From the NCBI GenBank assembly GCA_045863395.1, contig BTVJ01000088.1, positions 1-31,723 of the forward strand: a stretch of DNA of 31,723 bases. Reading direction: 5' to 3'. This document shows positions 1 to 9,800 of this stretch, one piece after another. The DNA comes from Myxococcales bacterium (lineage in GTDB: Bacteria; Myxococcota_A; UBA9042; JABWCM01; BTVJ01). A program made the position numbers and the translations under genes. Under the pieces are notes generated by a model. The model was not told the origin of the DNA, did no database searches, and saw nothing but the letters and a program-made list of their open reading frames with translations. How positions within the stretch are numbered: position 1 is the stretch's first letter; every line of letters starts with the position of its first letter.

Positions 1-2442
1 CACCTTCTTCGCCGCGGCGGCCTCCGCGGCCTTCGCGGCCGCGGCCTCCTCTGCCGCCTTCTTCGCCGCGGCGGCCTCCGCGGCCTTCGCGGCCGCGGCC
101 TCCTCCGCAGCACGCTTCGCGGCGGCAGCCTCCGCAGCGCCTGCGGACGCGGCCTCGTCTGCGGCGCGCCTCGCGGCGGCCTCGTCTGCGGCGCGCTTCG
201 CGGCAGCCTCCTCCGCGGCCGCGGCCGCGGCAGCCTCCGAAGCGGCCTTTGCAGCGGCAGCCTCCGCAGCGGCGGCCTCTGCGGCGGCAGCCTCCGCCCC
301 CGCGACCGCGCCGCCCTGGGAGCCACCGCCGGCGTCAGGCTCCGCAGCGGCGCCCGCGTCCGCAGCCGCCGCCTGCTGCGCCTCGAGCTCGGCGACCTTC
401 TCAAGTCCGGCCTTCGCGCCGTCGCTCGCGGGGTCCAACTTCAGTGCGTTCTCGTAGAGGACCCTGGCACCACCGAGTTCCTGACGCCCGAGGGCGTCGT
501 CGCCGAGCTTGACGAGCCCGCTCGCCTGGATCTGCTCGGGCGTCTGCGTCGGAGCGTCGGGAACCACCGCGCCGGCGCCGCTCGACGCGGCCTGGCCCTC
601 CTGCCCGATCTTGGCGGGCGGGGCTCCCGCGCCCTTGCGCGGCTTCGGATCATCCGAGCCGGTGTCCAGGAACATCGCCACGAGCACCACCAGGACGACG
701 GTCACGACGCCCATGACGACCATGAACTTGCGGGTGCTCTTCTTGCCCTCGGCGAGTGTGTACGGGTCCTCGGGCTCACCGGCGTCCGTCGAGGCATCGA
801 CGAACCACGCCTCCATCTCCTCGCTCTTCGCGCGCTGCCGCGGCGGCTGGTTGGCGGCCCAGGACACCATCTCGGCATGACGCACGTCGACCTGCGTGCG
901 GTCCGCGCCGACCTCGGGCGCGCCCGCGGTGGATGCGGGCTCCGCCTGGGGCGCCTCCCCCTTGACCGCCTCGAACAACATGGTCCGCTTGGGAGTGGCA
1001 GGCTCCTCCACGGGTGCGGCCGAGGCGAGAGCGTCCTCCGCCTCCTCCACCTCGTCGGCGAGGGGCAGTTGTGAGGCCGCCGCTGCCCGGACGTCCATGC
1101 CCACCCGGGGATCGAACATCATGGTCTGGCGCCGGACCCCTTCGGGTTCGGGGACCACCGCGGTGCGCTCCTCCTCGATCGGCGCTGCGTGGCCGACGAC
1201 CACGATGGAGGTGGGCTCGGTCTCCCCTGGCGGCTCGCCGGAGTCAGCGACCACGGCTGGCTTGGAGGCCACGGCGAAGGACTCGGGCTCGTCGGCTGCG
1301 ACCCCGCCGGCCAGCGCGGGGTGCGCCCGCGCATCGTCATCCTCGTCATCGTCCTCGTCGATCAGATCTCCAAGCCCAGAGAATATCTGGGTTCCTGGCT
1401 TGCCAGGGGCAGCCTGGGCGGCTACCGCGGGCGCGGCAGTCCTGTCCTCCTCCTCGTCCAGGTCGAAGGTCTGGCCGAGGCCGGAGAACACGAGCGTGCC
1501 GTGCTTGCGGGAGGTGATGTCTTCGGCCGCCGCAGGGATGAAGTCTCCAGGCCCCGCGTCAGGGGCCGCGGCCCGCTCCTCGGCCCGCGCCTGCACCTGC
1601 GCCGGATCACTGAAGACCAGCGTCGGGAACAGCTCGTCCCGGAGGCTCTCCAGCGCCGCCACCAGGTCCGCCGCGCTCTGGAAGCGCTTCTTCGGATCCT
1701 TCTCTACCGCCCGCAGCACGACCTTCTCGAAGTCGCTGATGTGCTCGACGCCAGGCTTCACGAGGTGGAGCGGGAGCGGCTTCTCGTAGATCTGGCGCTT
1801 GATGGTCGTGTTGATGTTGTTCGAGAGGAACGGCGGCTTCACCGTCACCATCTCATACATGATGATGCCGAGCGCGTAGATGTCGCTCCGATGGTCGGCC
1901 CCCTTGCCGCCGCACACCTCCGGCGCCATGTACTCGGGCGAGCCGTGGAAGGCATCGTTCTTCTTCGTCGTCGAGTAGAGCGGCAGCAGCTTGGCGGCGC
2001 CGAAGCCCGCCACTCTGACGAGCATGCCTGCGTCGCCGCCGTCCAGGACGCCGATGGCCCTCGGGTGCAGGTCATGGTGGGGTACGCCGACCGCCTCTGC
2101 CGCCGCCAGCGCCTGCGCGATCTGATGGGCGGCGTCGATGACGCGGTCCACGGTCAGGCCCCCACGCTGCTTGACCAGCTCGGAGAGGCGCTTCGGGCCG
2201 ACGGGGCCCCAGACGAGCGACGTGGAGGACGCCTCTGCAAGCTGGGCGACGAAGGGGCTGCCCTTGGACGCCACCGCGCGCGCCGCCTCGGCAGCCTCCG
2301 CCGCCTTGGGCGCGGTCTGCCCCGAGAGGGCAAGGCCGATGACGTGGGCGCCGTCGGCGGCCCGCGTGGCCTGCACCCAGGTCCCCTCCGCGGACTCCAC
2401 GATGATGGATTGTTCCAGGTAGCGCTCGCCCAGATTCGTCAT
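1..2442 (-). CDS. Membrane-anchored Ser/Thr protein kinase-like protein (probable pseudokinase) with acidic linker, TM helix, TPR-like helix pair and TolA-like Ala-rich tail; 3' end lies outside the window
   Basis: Translated by hand from ATG at 2442 (MTNLGERYLEQ...). The frame stays open to base 1, so it is missing from the ORF track. Kinase C-lobe motifs: GSPEYMAPE, DHRSDIYALGIIMYEM, KDPKKRFQSAADL. TM segment FMVVMGVVTVVLVVLVAMFL at about 670-730. TPR-like ARVLYENALKLDPASDGAKAGL. Confidence 0.9.
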   Translation of the reverse strand, partial: MTNLGERYLEQSIIVESAEGTWVQATRAADGAHVIGLALSGQTAPKAAEAAEAARAVASKGSPFVAQLAEASSTSLVWGPVGPKRLSELVKQRGGLTVDRVIDAAHQIAQALAAAEAVGVPHHDLHPRAIGVLDGGDAGMLVRVAGFGAAKLLPLYSTTKKNDAFHGSPEYMAPEVCGGKGADHRSDIYALGIIMYEMVTVKPPFLSNNINTTIKRQIYEKPLPLHLVKPGVEHISDFEKVVLRAVEKDPKKRFQSAADLVAALESLRDELFPTLVFSDPAQVQARAEERAAAPDAGPGDFIPAAAEDITSRKHGTLVFSGLGQTFDLDEEEDRTAAPAVAAQAAPGKPGTQIFSGLGDLIDEDDDEDDDARAHPALAGGVAADEPESFAVASKPAVVADSGEPPGETEPTSIVVVGHAAPIEEERTAVVPEPEGVRRQTMMFDPRVGMDVRAAAASQLPLADEVEEAEDALASAAPVEEPATPKRTMLFEAVKGEAPQAEPASTAGAPEVGADRTQVDVRHAEMVSWAANQPPRQRAKSEEMEAWFVDASTDAGEPEDPYTLAEGKKSTRKFMVVMGVVTVVLVVLVAMFLDTGSDDPKPRKGAGAPPAKIGQEGQAASSGAGAVVPDAPTQTPEQIQASGLVKLGDDALGRQELGGARVLYENALKLDPASDGAKAGLEKVAELEAQQAAAADAGAAAEPDAGGGSQGGAVAGAEAAAAEAAAAEAAAAKAASEAAAAAAAEEAAAKRAADEAAARRAADEAASAGAAEAAAAKRAAEEAAAAKAAEAAAAKKAAEEAAAAKAAEAAAAKKV
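4..300 (-). repeat. Ala/Glu/Lys low-complexity coding repeat including a near-perfect 54-bp tandem duplication (4-57, 58-111; KKAAEEAAAAKAAEAAAA)
   Basis: cttcttcgccgcggcggcctccgcggccttcgcggccgcggcctcctc begins at both 4 and 58. Confidence 0.85.
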
Positions 2443-2880
2443 TGGAACCACCCGATTCGACCCAGAGCGGGCCGGTCGTCCTCTCGTTGGAAACCCGCAA
2501 CCCCGCAGCCGGACTGCCCGGCGTGGGACGCTCACGTTCCGGGATGAACGCTCTTGGGGCGCGTTCGATCCGTCCGGCGCCGCCCATCCCTTCGCTCTCA
2601 ACGTCTCGCGGCCGCACCCGGCGCACTCATGGCGCCCTTCCAGGGCATCGGATGGTAGCCGAAACCCCCGCGGGTCTGCAACCCTGCGGTTCCAGTCAGG
2701 ACGTGGGCCCAGGTGACGCCTCACGGCACAGGTGACGTTCTACGTCCAACCCATGATCTCGGCGTCATGTTTTTGGGCGCGGTGCCGATGAGGGTGGAAA
2801 ATGTGGCGCGCAGCCAGGTTCGGTGCTAAGTGGCGATTTCGTGGGAGCATTTGCCCGGGAGCGGGCGGGCCCGGCGACGC

Positions 2881-2896
2881 TGGCGCGAACGTTGCA
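2881..2896 (+). promoter_or_regulatory. Sigma54 (-24/-12) promoter
   Basis: TGGCGC-GAACG-TTGCA matches TGGCAC-N5-TTGCW with exact GG-N10-GC spacing. It is intergenic and ends about 75 nt upstream of the ATG at 2973. Confidence 0.7.
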
Positions 2897-2972
2897 GAAG
2901 CGCGGAGGATAGCCAAGCACGCCGCTGCAGCCCTGGCGGCTCGCGGCAGATTCGAAGCTGAGGCAGCGACTG

Positions 2973-3146
2973 ATGGACAAGAACAACCAGAGCTGGATCA
3001 AGATAGGCGAGAGCACGAACCCACGTGAGCTGCGCACCGAGGTCAAGAAGCTCAAGCTGGCCTGGCCCGACCGCTGGGAGTTCACGGTGCGCCCCGCCAG
3101 CGACGAGCGGGATCGAAGCTACGGCCTGTACCTCCGCCACCGCTGA
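2973..3146 (+). CDS. Small hypothetical protein, 57 aa (MDKNNQSWIKIGESTNPRELRTEVKKLKLAWPDRWEFTVRPASDERDRSYGLYLRHR)
   Basis: ATG 2973 to TGA 3144-3146. GAGG lies about 10 nt upstream, third codon positions are mostly G/C, the composition is protein-like, and it follows the sigma54 motif. It is shorter than any ORF in the supplied track. Confidence 0.7.
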   Translation: MDKNNQSWIKIGESTNPRELRTEVKKLKLAWPDRWEFTVRPASDERDRSYGLYLRHR

Positions 3147-3189
3147 GCGACCACCGAGCCCTCGACAGACCGATTTGCCAGCCGGTACC

Positions 3190-6100
3190 ATGACGGGCCA
3201 CATGAGCCCGCACCCTCCCCGCACTCCACCTCACCCACGCCGGGCGACCCGCCTCGCGGTGCTCCTGGTCGCGAGCCTCTGCGCGAAGGTGTCCGTAGCC
3301 TCCCTTCCCGAGGAGGGGGGGGACGTCGCCGCCGTGCTCGCGGAGCTGGAGGCATCCCGGCGCACCCTCGACGCCCTGCCGGCCCTGGCGGCCCTGGCGG
3401 CGGAGCTCCCCTGGGCGCCGGGTGCCGCCGTCCGCGGGGCGCTCTCCCGCGTGGCCGACGCGCGGGACACGCACCCTCTCGTGGCCGCGCGGGTCGAGGA
3501 GCTGCTGCTCCGCCTGGGCGTCGCCACGGGCGAGGCTGCCTCGGCGCGGGCAAGAGCGGCCGAGCGGCTTCGCTTGGTGACGTCTTGGAGCGTCGCGGCG
3601 CACTCGGACCGCTCCGCCGCCTGCGATGAGGCAGCACCACCTCGCAGCGGGTGGATCGGCGCCGATGAGCTCTTCCCCGACGGGGTCGCTCGCCTCGACT
3701 CGCTCCTCGAGGCGGGAGAGGACGCAGAGAGCTTTGCGGCGACGGTCCTCGTGGCTGCATCGCCAGTGCAGGCAGTGCTCCGCGTCGGCGCCAGCGGCCC
3801 CGTGGCGGTCTGGGTGGACGGCGTGCTCATCGCGCAGGAGCCCGACCTGCGGGTGCTCGCCCTCGACCAGCTCGCCGTGCCCCTGCACCTGCCCGCCGGA
3901 GAGCACACGGTGGTCATTCGGGTCTGCGGAGACGGCGCCCAGGGTCCCGCAGTCGTGGCCCGAGTCACCGACGCTCGCGGCGCGCCCGAGACCCGGGTCG
4001 GCTGGCTTGCCGCAGCATCCGGCGGTGGCACCTCGGGCGCCGGGCTCGGGAAGCTGACCCCCGAAGACGTGTGGACCCACTGGGCCGCTCGTGCGGCTCG
4101 TGGCCGGTCCGAGGCCGAGCTCCGGCGCGCGGTGCGGGTGCTGGCGACCAGCGGCCGTGAGCTCCCACCGGAGCTGACACCCGAGGCGCTGCTCGGGGAC
4201 GACGCCGACTCGCTGCTGCTGCGCGCCCTGCTGGAGCCCGAGGTCAACCGGCGCGTGGAGCTGCTCCGCGCCGTGCTCGACCAGGACGGCGAGCGGGTCC
4301 GGGCGCTGCTCGACCTGGCGGAGTCCAACCTTGCGCGACAGCGCTACCTGGCGGGGCGGACCCAGCTCGACGAGGTGGAGGCACGCGCGCCGGGCCTGCC
4401 TCGCACGCGCGTGCTCCGCGCGCGGCTGCTCGCCGAGAACCAGGTCCCGGGCGAGGCGCTGCGCCTGCTGCGGGAGGCCGCCGCGGCGGCGCCCGAGGTG
4501 CCGGCGGTGCTGTCTGCCCTCGGGTCGCTGTCCTATCAGCAGGGGGCCATGGAGGCCGCACGCGCGGCCTTCGACGCCCTGGCGGCGGTGGCGACGGACC
4601 CCACGGAGACCGGCTTCTGGGTGTTCGAGGTGGCGCGCCTCCAGGGTCGGGTGGACGACGCCCTGCGAGCCGCTGACCGGCTGATCGCAGCACGCCCCGA
4701 CGTGGGAGGACACCGCCTGATGAAGGCGCGGACCTTGGCCGACATCGGGCGAGCAGACGACGCCCGGGCCGAGCTGCGAGCGATTCCAAGGGGGCTGCGG
4801 AGCTCGTCGGACCTGCTGGAGGGCATCGGCCGGCTCCTGCACCGCCTCGGCGACGAGGAGGAGGCCCTCGCGGCCATGCGTGAGAGCCTCCTCTTGCGCC
4901 CGCAGAACCCCGACCTGCGGGCCGCCATCGCCCGACTGCAGCCGGACCTGGAGCGGCCCGAGGACGCCTGGCTGGAGGATCCCGTCGCCCTCATGAGCGC
5001 GCCCGTCGAGGAGGGTGCGGCAGCGACGGAGGTGCTCCTCGATCAGATCGTCATGCGCGTGTTCCCGAACGGCATGTCGGCGTCCACGTGGCAGCGGGTG
5101 GTGCGGGTGAACCGGGTCGCGAACGGCGACCGCTCGCGCGACGTCCACATCCCCTACGATCCCTTCAAGCACACGGTCGACGTGGTGCGATCCGAGATCC
5201 TGCGCGCGGACGGGACCGTGCAGCCGGTGACGGAGCGCGAGGAGCGGTCGCTGTCCGAGGCGTGGTACGGGCTCTACTACGACCTGCGCCACATCATCGT
5301 CCCCTTCCGTGACCTGAGGGACGGAGACGTGCTCGTGCTCCACTACCGGGTGAGCGGCGTGGGCAAGAACCTCATCGGGGAGTCGTTCAGCCACCTGGCG
5401 CTGCTGGCGGACGTGGCGCCGAAGAGGCGGGTGCGCTATGTGCTGCTCTCCCCCCCAGGGCGGACGCTCCACGCGGCGCTCGTCGACCCGTCGGGGGATG
5501 CCCGCTGGACCGAGGACCAGGGAGTCCAGGGCGAGCTGCTCTACCGGGCGTGGGAGGTCGAGGACCTGCAAGCGCTGGTCGTGGAGGACCAGATGCCCGG
5601 TTTTGCGGAGGTGAGCCCCTGGATCCACGTGTCGTCCTTCGCCGACTTCGAGGAGGTCGGCCGCACCTGGCGCGCGTTGGTCGCGCCGCAGGAGCAGGTC
5701 ACGCCCGCCATGCGAGCCCACGTGAGGTCCCTCGTGGACGGCGTGGCGGACCCGCTGGAGCGGGTACGGGTCCTCCACAACGATCTGGTGCGCTCGAACC
5801 GGTACGTGGGCCTCGAGTTCGGCATCCACGGCTACAAGCCCTACCCTGCGCCTCAGGTCTTCGAGCGGCGCTTCGGGGACTGCAAGGACCAGTCGACGCT
5901 GCTCAAGGTCATGCTGGCGGAGGCCGGCATCGAGGCGCAGCTCGTCCTGGTGCGCACCCGGTCGCTGGGCCACGTGCCGGAGCAGCCCGCCTCCCTGGAC
6001 GTATTCGACCACGCAATCTGCCACGTGCCGGGCCTCGGGCTGTGGCTCGACCCCACCGCGGACAACAACGGGCTGTACGAGCTGCCTGCCGAGGACCAGG

Positions 6101-6813
6101 GCGCGACGGCGCTGGTCGTGGACGGCGCCGGGACGCGGCTCGTCGTGCTCCCGGAGTCGGAGGCGGTCGACAACGTGCGGAGCCGCGAGCTCTCCTTCGA
6201 GCCTGGCCAGACCGGCGACGCCGTGCGCGGCAGCCTGACCACCGCGGGCCTGTTCTCGCCGGAGCTGCGCAAGGCGTACAAGACGCGGGCGACCCGGGAC
6301 GCGCTGCTGTCGGAGCAGCTCGGCGCGCTGATCCCCGGCTTCCGGCTCCAGAGGGCCACCTTCGAGGGGGTCGACGACCTGCAGGCGGCGGTGACGGTGG
6401 CGTTCGAGGGCTCCGCCCCCGACGTCACGGAGGCCAGCGGGGGCGTCATCACGCTGCCCTCGCCGGACCCGCCAGAGGACTGGGTGCGCCGCTTCGCGCA
6501 GAGCCCCTCCCGAAGCCAGGACCTGCTGATCGACCACCCCTTCGTGGAGCGGCGCGTGGAGCGGTTGATCGCACCTCCCGGCTTCGAGCCCGCCGTGGCG
6601 GCACAGGAGGAGGTCGTCGAGAGCCCGTGGGGGACCTTCACCATCCGCCTGGGGGCCGTCGAGGGCGCCGCCGTCCGGGAGCGCATCATGGAGCTTCGGG
6701 TGAGGCGGGTAGGTCACGTGGACTGGGACGCCTTCCGCGACTTCCTGCGCCGCGCGGATGCCCTCGGGCGGCTGCCGCTGTCGGTGCGGCCCAGCGCTGG
6801 TGGCCAATCGTGA
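3190..6813 (+). CDS. Secreted TPR + DUF3857 + transglutaminase-like domain protein
   Basis: ORF 3025..6813 with the start moved to ATG 3190 (3202 is an alternative), ahead of a signal-like RRATRLAVLLVASLCA. It has TPR-like helices, a DUF3857-like region (VLLDQIVMRVFPNG...DLRDGDVL) and transglutaminase motifs RYVGLEFGIHGYKPY, FGDCKD, FDHAI, WLDPT. Confidence 0.85.
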   Translation: MTGHMSPHPPRTPPHPRRATRLAVLLVASLCAKVSVASLPEEGGDVAAVLAELEASRRTLDALPALAALAAELPWAPGAAVRGALSRVADARDTHPLVAARVEELLLRLGVATGEAASARARAAERLRLVTSWSVAAHSDRSAACDEAAPPRSGWIGADELFPDGVARLDSLLEAGEDAESFAATVLVAASPVQAVLRVGASGPVAVWVDGVLIAQEPDLRVLALDQLAVPLHLPAGEHTVVIRVCGDGAQGPAVVARVTDARGAPETRVGWLAAASGGGTSGAGLGKLTPEDVWTHWAARAARGRSEAELRRAVRVLATSGRELPPELTPEALLGDDADSLLLRALLEPEVNRRVELLRAVLDQDGERVRALLDLAESNLARQRYLAGRTQLDEVEARAPGLPRTRVLRARLLAENQVPGEALRLLREAAAAAPEVPAVLSALGSLSYQQGAMEAARAAFDALAAVATDPTETGFWVFEVARLQGRVDDALRAADRLIAARPDVGGHRLMKARTLADIGRADDARAELRAIPRGLRSSSDLLEGIGRLLHRLGDEEEALAAMRESLLLRPQNPDLRAAIARLQPDLERPEDAWLEDPVALMSAPVEEGAAATEVLLDQIVMRVFPNGMSASTWQRVVRVNRVANGDRSRDVHIPYDPFKHTVDVVRSEILRADGTVQPVTEREERSLSEAWYGLYYDLRHIIVPFRDLRDGDVLVLHYRVSGVGKNLIGESFSHLALLADVAPKRRVRYVLLSPPGRTLHAALVDPSGDARWTEDQGVQGELLYRAWEVEDLQALVVEDQMPGFAEVSPWIHVSSFADFEEVGRTWRALVAPQEQVTPAMRAHVRSLVDGVADPLERVRVLHNDLVRSNRYVGLEFGIHGYKPYPAPQVFERRFGDCKDQSTLLKVMLAEAGIEAQLVLVRTRSLGHVPEQPASLDVFDHAICHVPGLGLWLDPTADNNGLYELPAEDQGATALVVDGAGTRLVVLPESEAVDNVRSRELSFEPGQTGDAVRGSLTTAGLFSPELRKAYKTRATRDALLSEQLGALIPGFRLQRATFEGVDDLQAAVTVAFEGSAPDVTEASGGVITLPSPDPPEDWVRRFAQSPSRSQDLLIDHPFVERRVERLIAPPGFEPAVAAQEEVVESPWGTFTIRLGAVEGAAVRERIMELRVRRVGHVDWDAFRDFLRRADALGRLPLSVRPSAGGQS

Positions 6814-9800
6814 TGGATCGCGTCGGGTGGCTCTGCGTTGCGCTCGTGGTGGCGGGGTGCGCGCCCGCCGCGAGCCCGTGGACCCTACGTGCAGACCAGG
6901 TGGACGACGCCCTGGCGCTCCGGGAGGCACGCATCGCGGAGGATGGGCTCGCAGCCCTCGAGGCGGGCTGGCTGCGGCTGCTCTGGCGCAACGACCTGGC
7001 CGGCGCGCGGGATCTGCTCGCAAGCCACGGGTCGGCCCTCGCAACCCTGGGCGCCGCCATCGCGGCCCAGGGGAGCGGGGACGCCACGGCCGCGGTCGAT
7101 GGGTGGCTCGAGCTCCTGCGCGCCGGCCACCCTGCGCTGCGGCGCCTCGCGGTGGCGCAGCTCGCGGACCTGCCCGAGCAGGCGCCAGTCGCCGAGCGGA
7201 TCCTCGCCGCCCTCGCGGGGGTCGGGCCAACGCGCGGCGCCCTGGCGTTGGATCTCGACCAGCTCCGAAGGTCCCTGGAGCGCCGGATCCACGGGGAGGA
7301 GCCGGAGGCGAGCACGGCCGCCGTGACCATCACCGGGCCTGTCGCAGGCGCATCGTTTCATGGAGGTGTTCGCGCCATCCAAGCCGCGGGAGGCCGTGCC
7401 CGCGAGACAGTTGCCAGGAACGGCCAGCTCCTGCTTCACCCGACCCGGACCGGCGTCTTTCTGGTTCATGTGCCGGCCCCGATGCCGGGGTCACAGGTGC
7501 TGCGCATCGACACGCGAGCGAGCGTGCGCGCCGTCGCCGTGTGGGCGGGAGGCGAGCAGGAGCTGCTGATGCGCGACGCCACCGCCCGAACCGAGCCGCG
7601 GGTGAAGGACACCGTCGTCGAGCTGCCGGAGGGCGCATCGCTCGCGCTGGTCGTGCTCGCCGATCGCCCCGGCCAGACGGTGACGGTCCAGTCGGCGCCC
7701 GCGGAGCGGGAGGAGGCGCTGGAGGCCCCTGCGGTGGTCACCGCCCTGGTGGAGGGGTGGCTCGCCGAGCGCGCGGGGGACGCTGACGGGGCGCGGGCGG
7801 CCGCAGACGTCGTTGCCTCAGCGGCCCCAGAGCTGGCGCTGGCCGACGTGATGCGCGGGCGTGCGGCGCAGATGGACGGCTCCCTCCCTCGGGACATCGC
7901 CACCGCGGAGGCGCGGGCCGCCTTCGAGCGAGCGCTGGCCCGCTGCCCTGGGCTCATCCCGGCGCGGGCGGGGCTGGTCCGGGCACTGCGAGACGCCGGC
8001 GCCGTCATGGAGGCGCGCGCGCTGCTGGAGGCCGGGCGCCGGCTGCAACCCGATGTCCTTCGGTGGGCGGTCACGCTGGCGGAGCTCGACGCCGAGGCCG
8101 GGTGGGACGCGGACGCGGAGGGTGCGTTGCGAGCCGCGCTGGCGCGCCATCCGGGGAGCTGCCAGGCGCGAGGGGCGCTGGCGGAGCTGCTCTGGGAGAG
8201 GCCGCAGGCGGTCGACGCGCTGCTCGCCGAGCCGCCGGGGGCAGGGGCCTGCGAGCGGACGCGGGACTTGCCCCTGCGCGCCGCCCTGCGGCGGGGTGAG
8301 GCACGGGCCGTGCCCCTGGCGCAGCAGGCGCACCGCTCGGAGCCCGAGGACGAGGCGCCGTTCCAATCCGTGGTGAAGGCGCTCCTGATCGCAGAGCGCC
8401 CCGCCGAGGCACGGCGGGCGCTGGCGGAGCGAGCGGCGCGCTTCGGCCCGGAGGCGGGGTGGAGCTTCCAGGAGGCAGAGGCCGCGGCGCTGGCCGGTGA
8501 CGCTGGCGCCGCGAGGGACGCATGGCGGGCGCTGGTCGGCGCCCCGGGGGCGGACGCCGAGCTCCGGCACCGCCTCGCGCTGCTCGGCTTCGGGGAGCTG
8601 TGGTCGCGGCTCGCCGTGGACGGCCGCGGCGTGGCAGCGGACTTCCGCACCCTTCCAGGCGAGGCGGACGCGGCGGCGGTGTGGCTCCTCGACGACACGA
8701 TCTCCATCTGGTGGCCGGACGGGGGCGCCGCGCACCGGACGCACGTGGTCGTGCGGCTGCTCACCGAGGGCGCCGTGGCGGAGTTCGGCGAGGTGTCCGT
8801 GCCGACGGGCGCGGAGATCCTGGAGGTGCGCACCCTCAAGGCGGACGGCACGGTCCTCGAGCCCGAGGACATCATGGAGAAGGACACCGTGTCCATGCCC
8901 AACCTGGAGGTCGGCGACTTCATCGAGGTGGCGCTGGTGCGGTACGAGGACCCCGACGAGCGCTTCGCTCCCGGGCGCCCGAGCGAGGCCTTCCTGTTTC
9001 GCAGCTTCGACGGGCCCGTGCGCCGGGCACGCTACCTCATCGCGGTCCCGGACGGCATGGAGCTGGTGTCGAGCGCGCAGGGAGAGGGGATCCGGGCGCT
9101 GACCCCCGTCCAGTGGCCCGGGTGGAGGGTGGTGGGCTGGGAGGCGCTCCATCAGCCGCAGGTGCAGCGGGAGCCGCTGGCCCTGGAGCCGGCAGCGCGG
9201 CTCCCGCAGGTGCGGGCTGCCTTGAGCGTGACGTGGGACGACGTGCGGCGCGCCTGGAGGGGCCAGATCGGGGCGCGCCTCGTGCGGAGCCGTGCCCTCG
9301 AGGAGTTTGCGCGGGGCGCGCGGGGGGCCCAGCGTGCCGGGACGCTGGAGGGGACCGCGCGGCAGCGAGCGCTGGCCCTCTTCCGGGCGGTCCATGGCAC
9401 CGTGCGCACCGAGGGCGGCGCCGGCTTCCTGCTGGACCAGGCGACCCACGTGCTCGCGCGGCGGCGCGGCGAGCGGGTCATGCTGCTGCGTGCCGCGCTG
9501 GAGGCCGCCGGCATTCCGAGCCGGATCCTGCTGGTCCATCCGTTGGATCGGGAGGGCGCCGACCCCCTGGACGTGCCGGGGCTGCTCCGCTACTCCTGGC
9601 CCGTAATCGCTGCGGAGGTCGAGGGGGGCACCGCGTGGCTCGACCCGACGCTGGAGAACGCGCCCTTCGACTACCTGGCGCCCACGCTGCAGGGGCGGCC
9701 GGCCATGGATGTGGAGCGGGACGGAGATCTGGAGGTCACGACGCCGCGGTGGCCCCTCGACGCCGAGCGCCGCGTCATCCGCCAGTCCCTCGATCTGCAC

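Noticed and set aside
2801..3028. 75-aa plus-strand ORF in the track
   Set aside because: It spans the sigma54 motif, has weak codon bias, and conflicts with the better-supported 2973..3146 ORF.
3082..7230. 1382-aa minus-strand ORF and other long antisense or alternate-frame ORFs (7818..10130, 14736..16757, 16348..18705, 22763..24889, 26096..27949, 1189..2547)
   Set aside because: Shadow ORFs of GC-rich genes: Arg/Pro/Gly-rich or mirror-codon composition, no motifs, and they overlap genes with clear family signatures.
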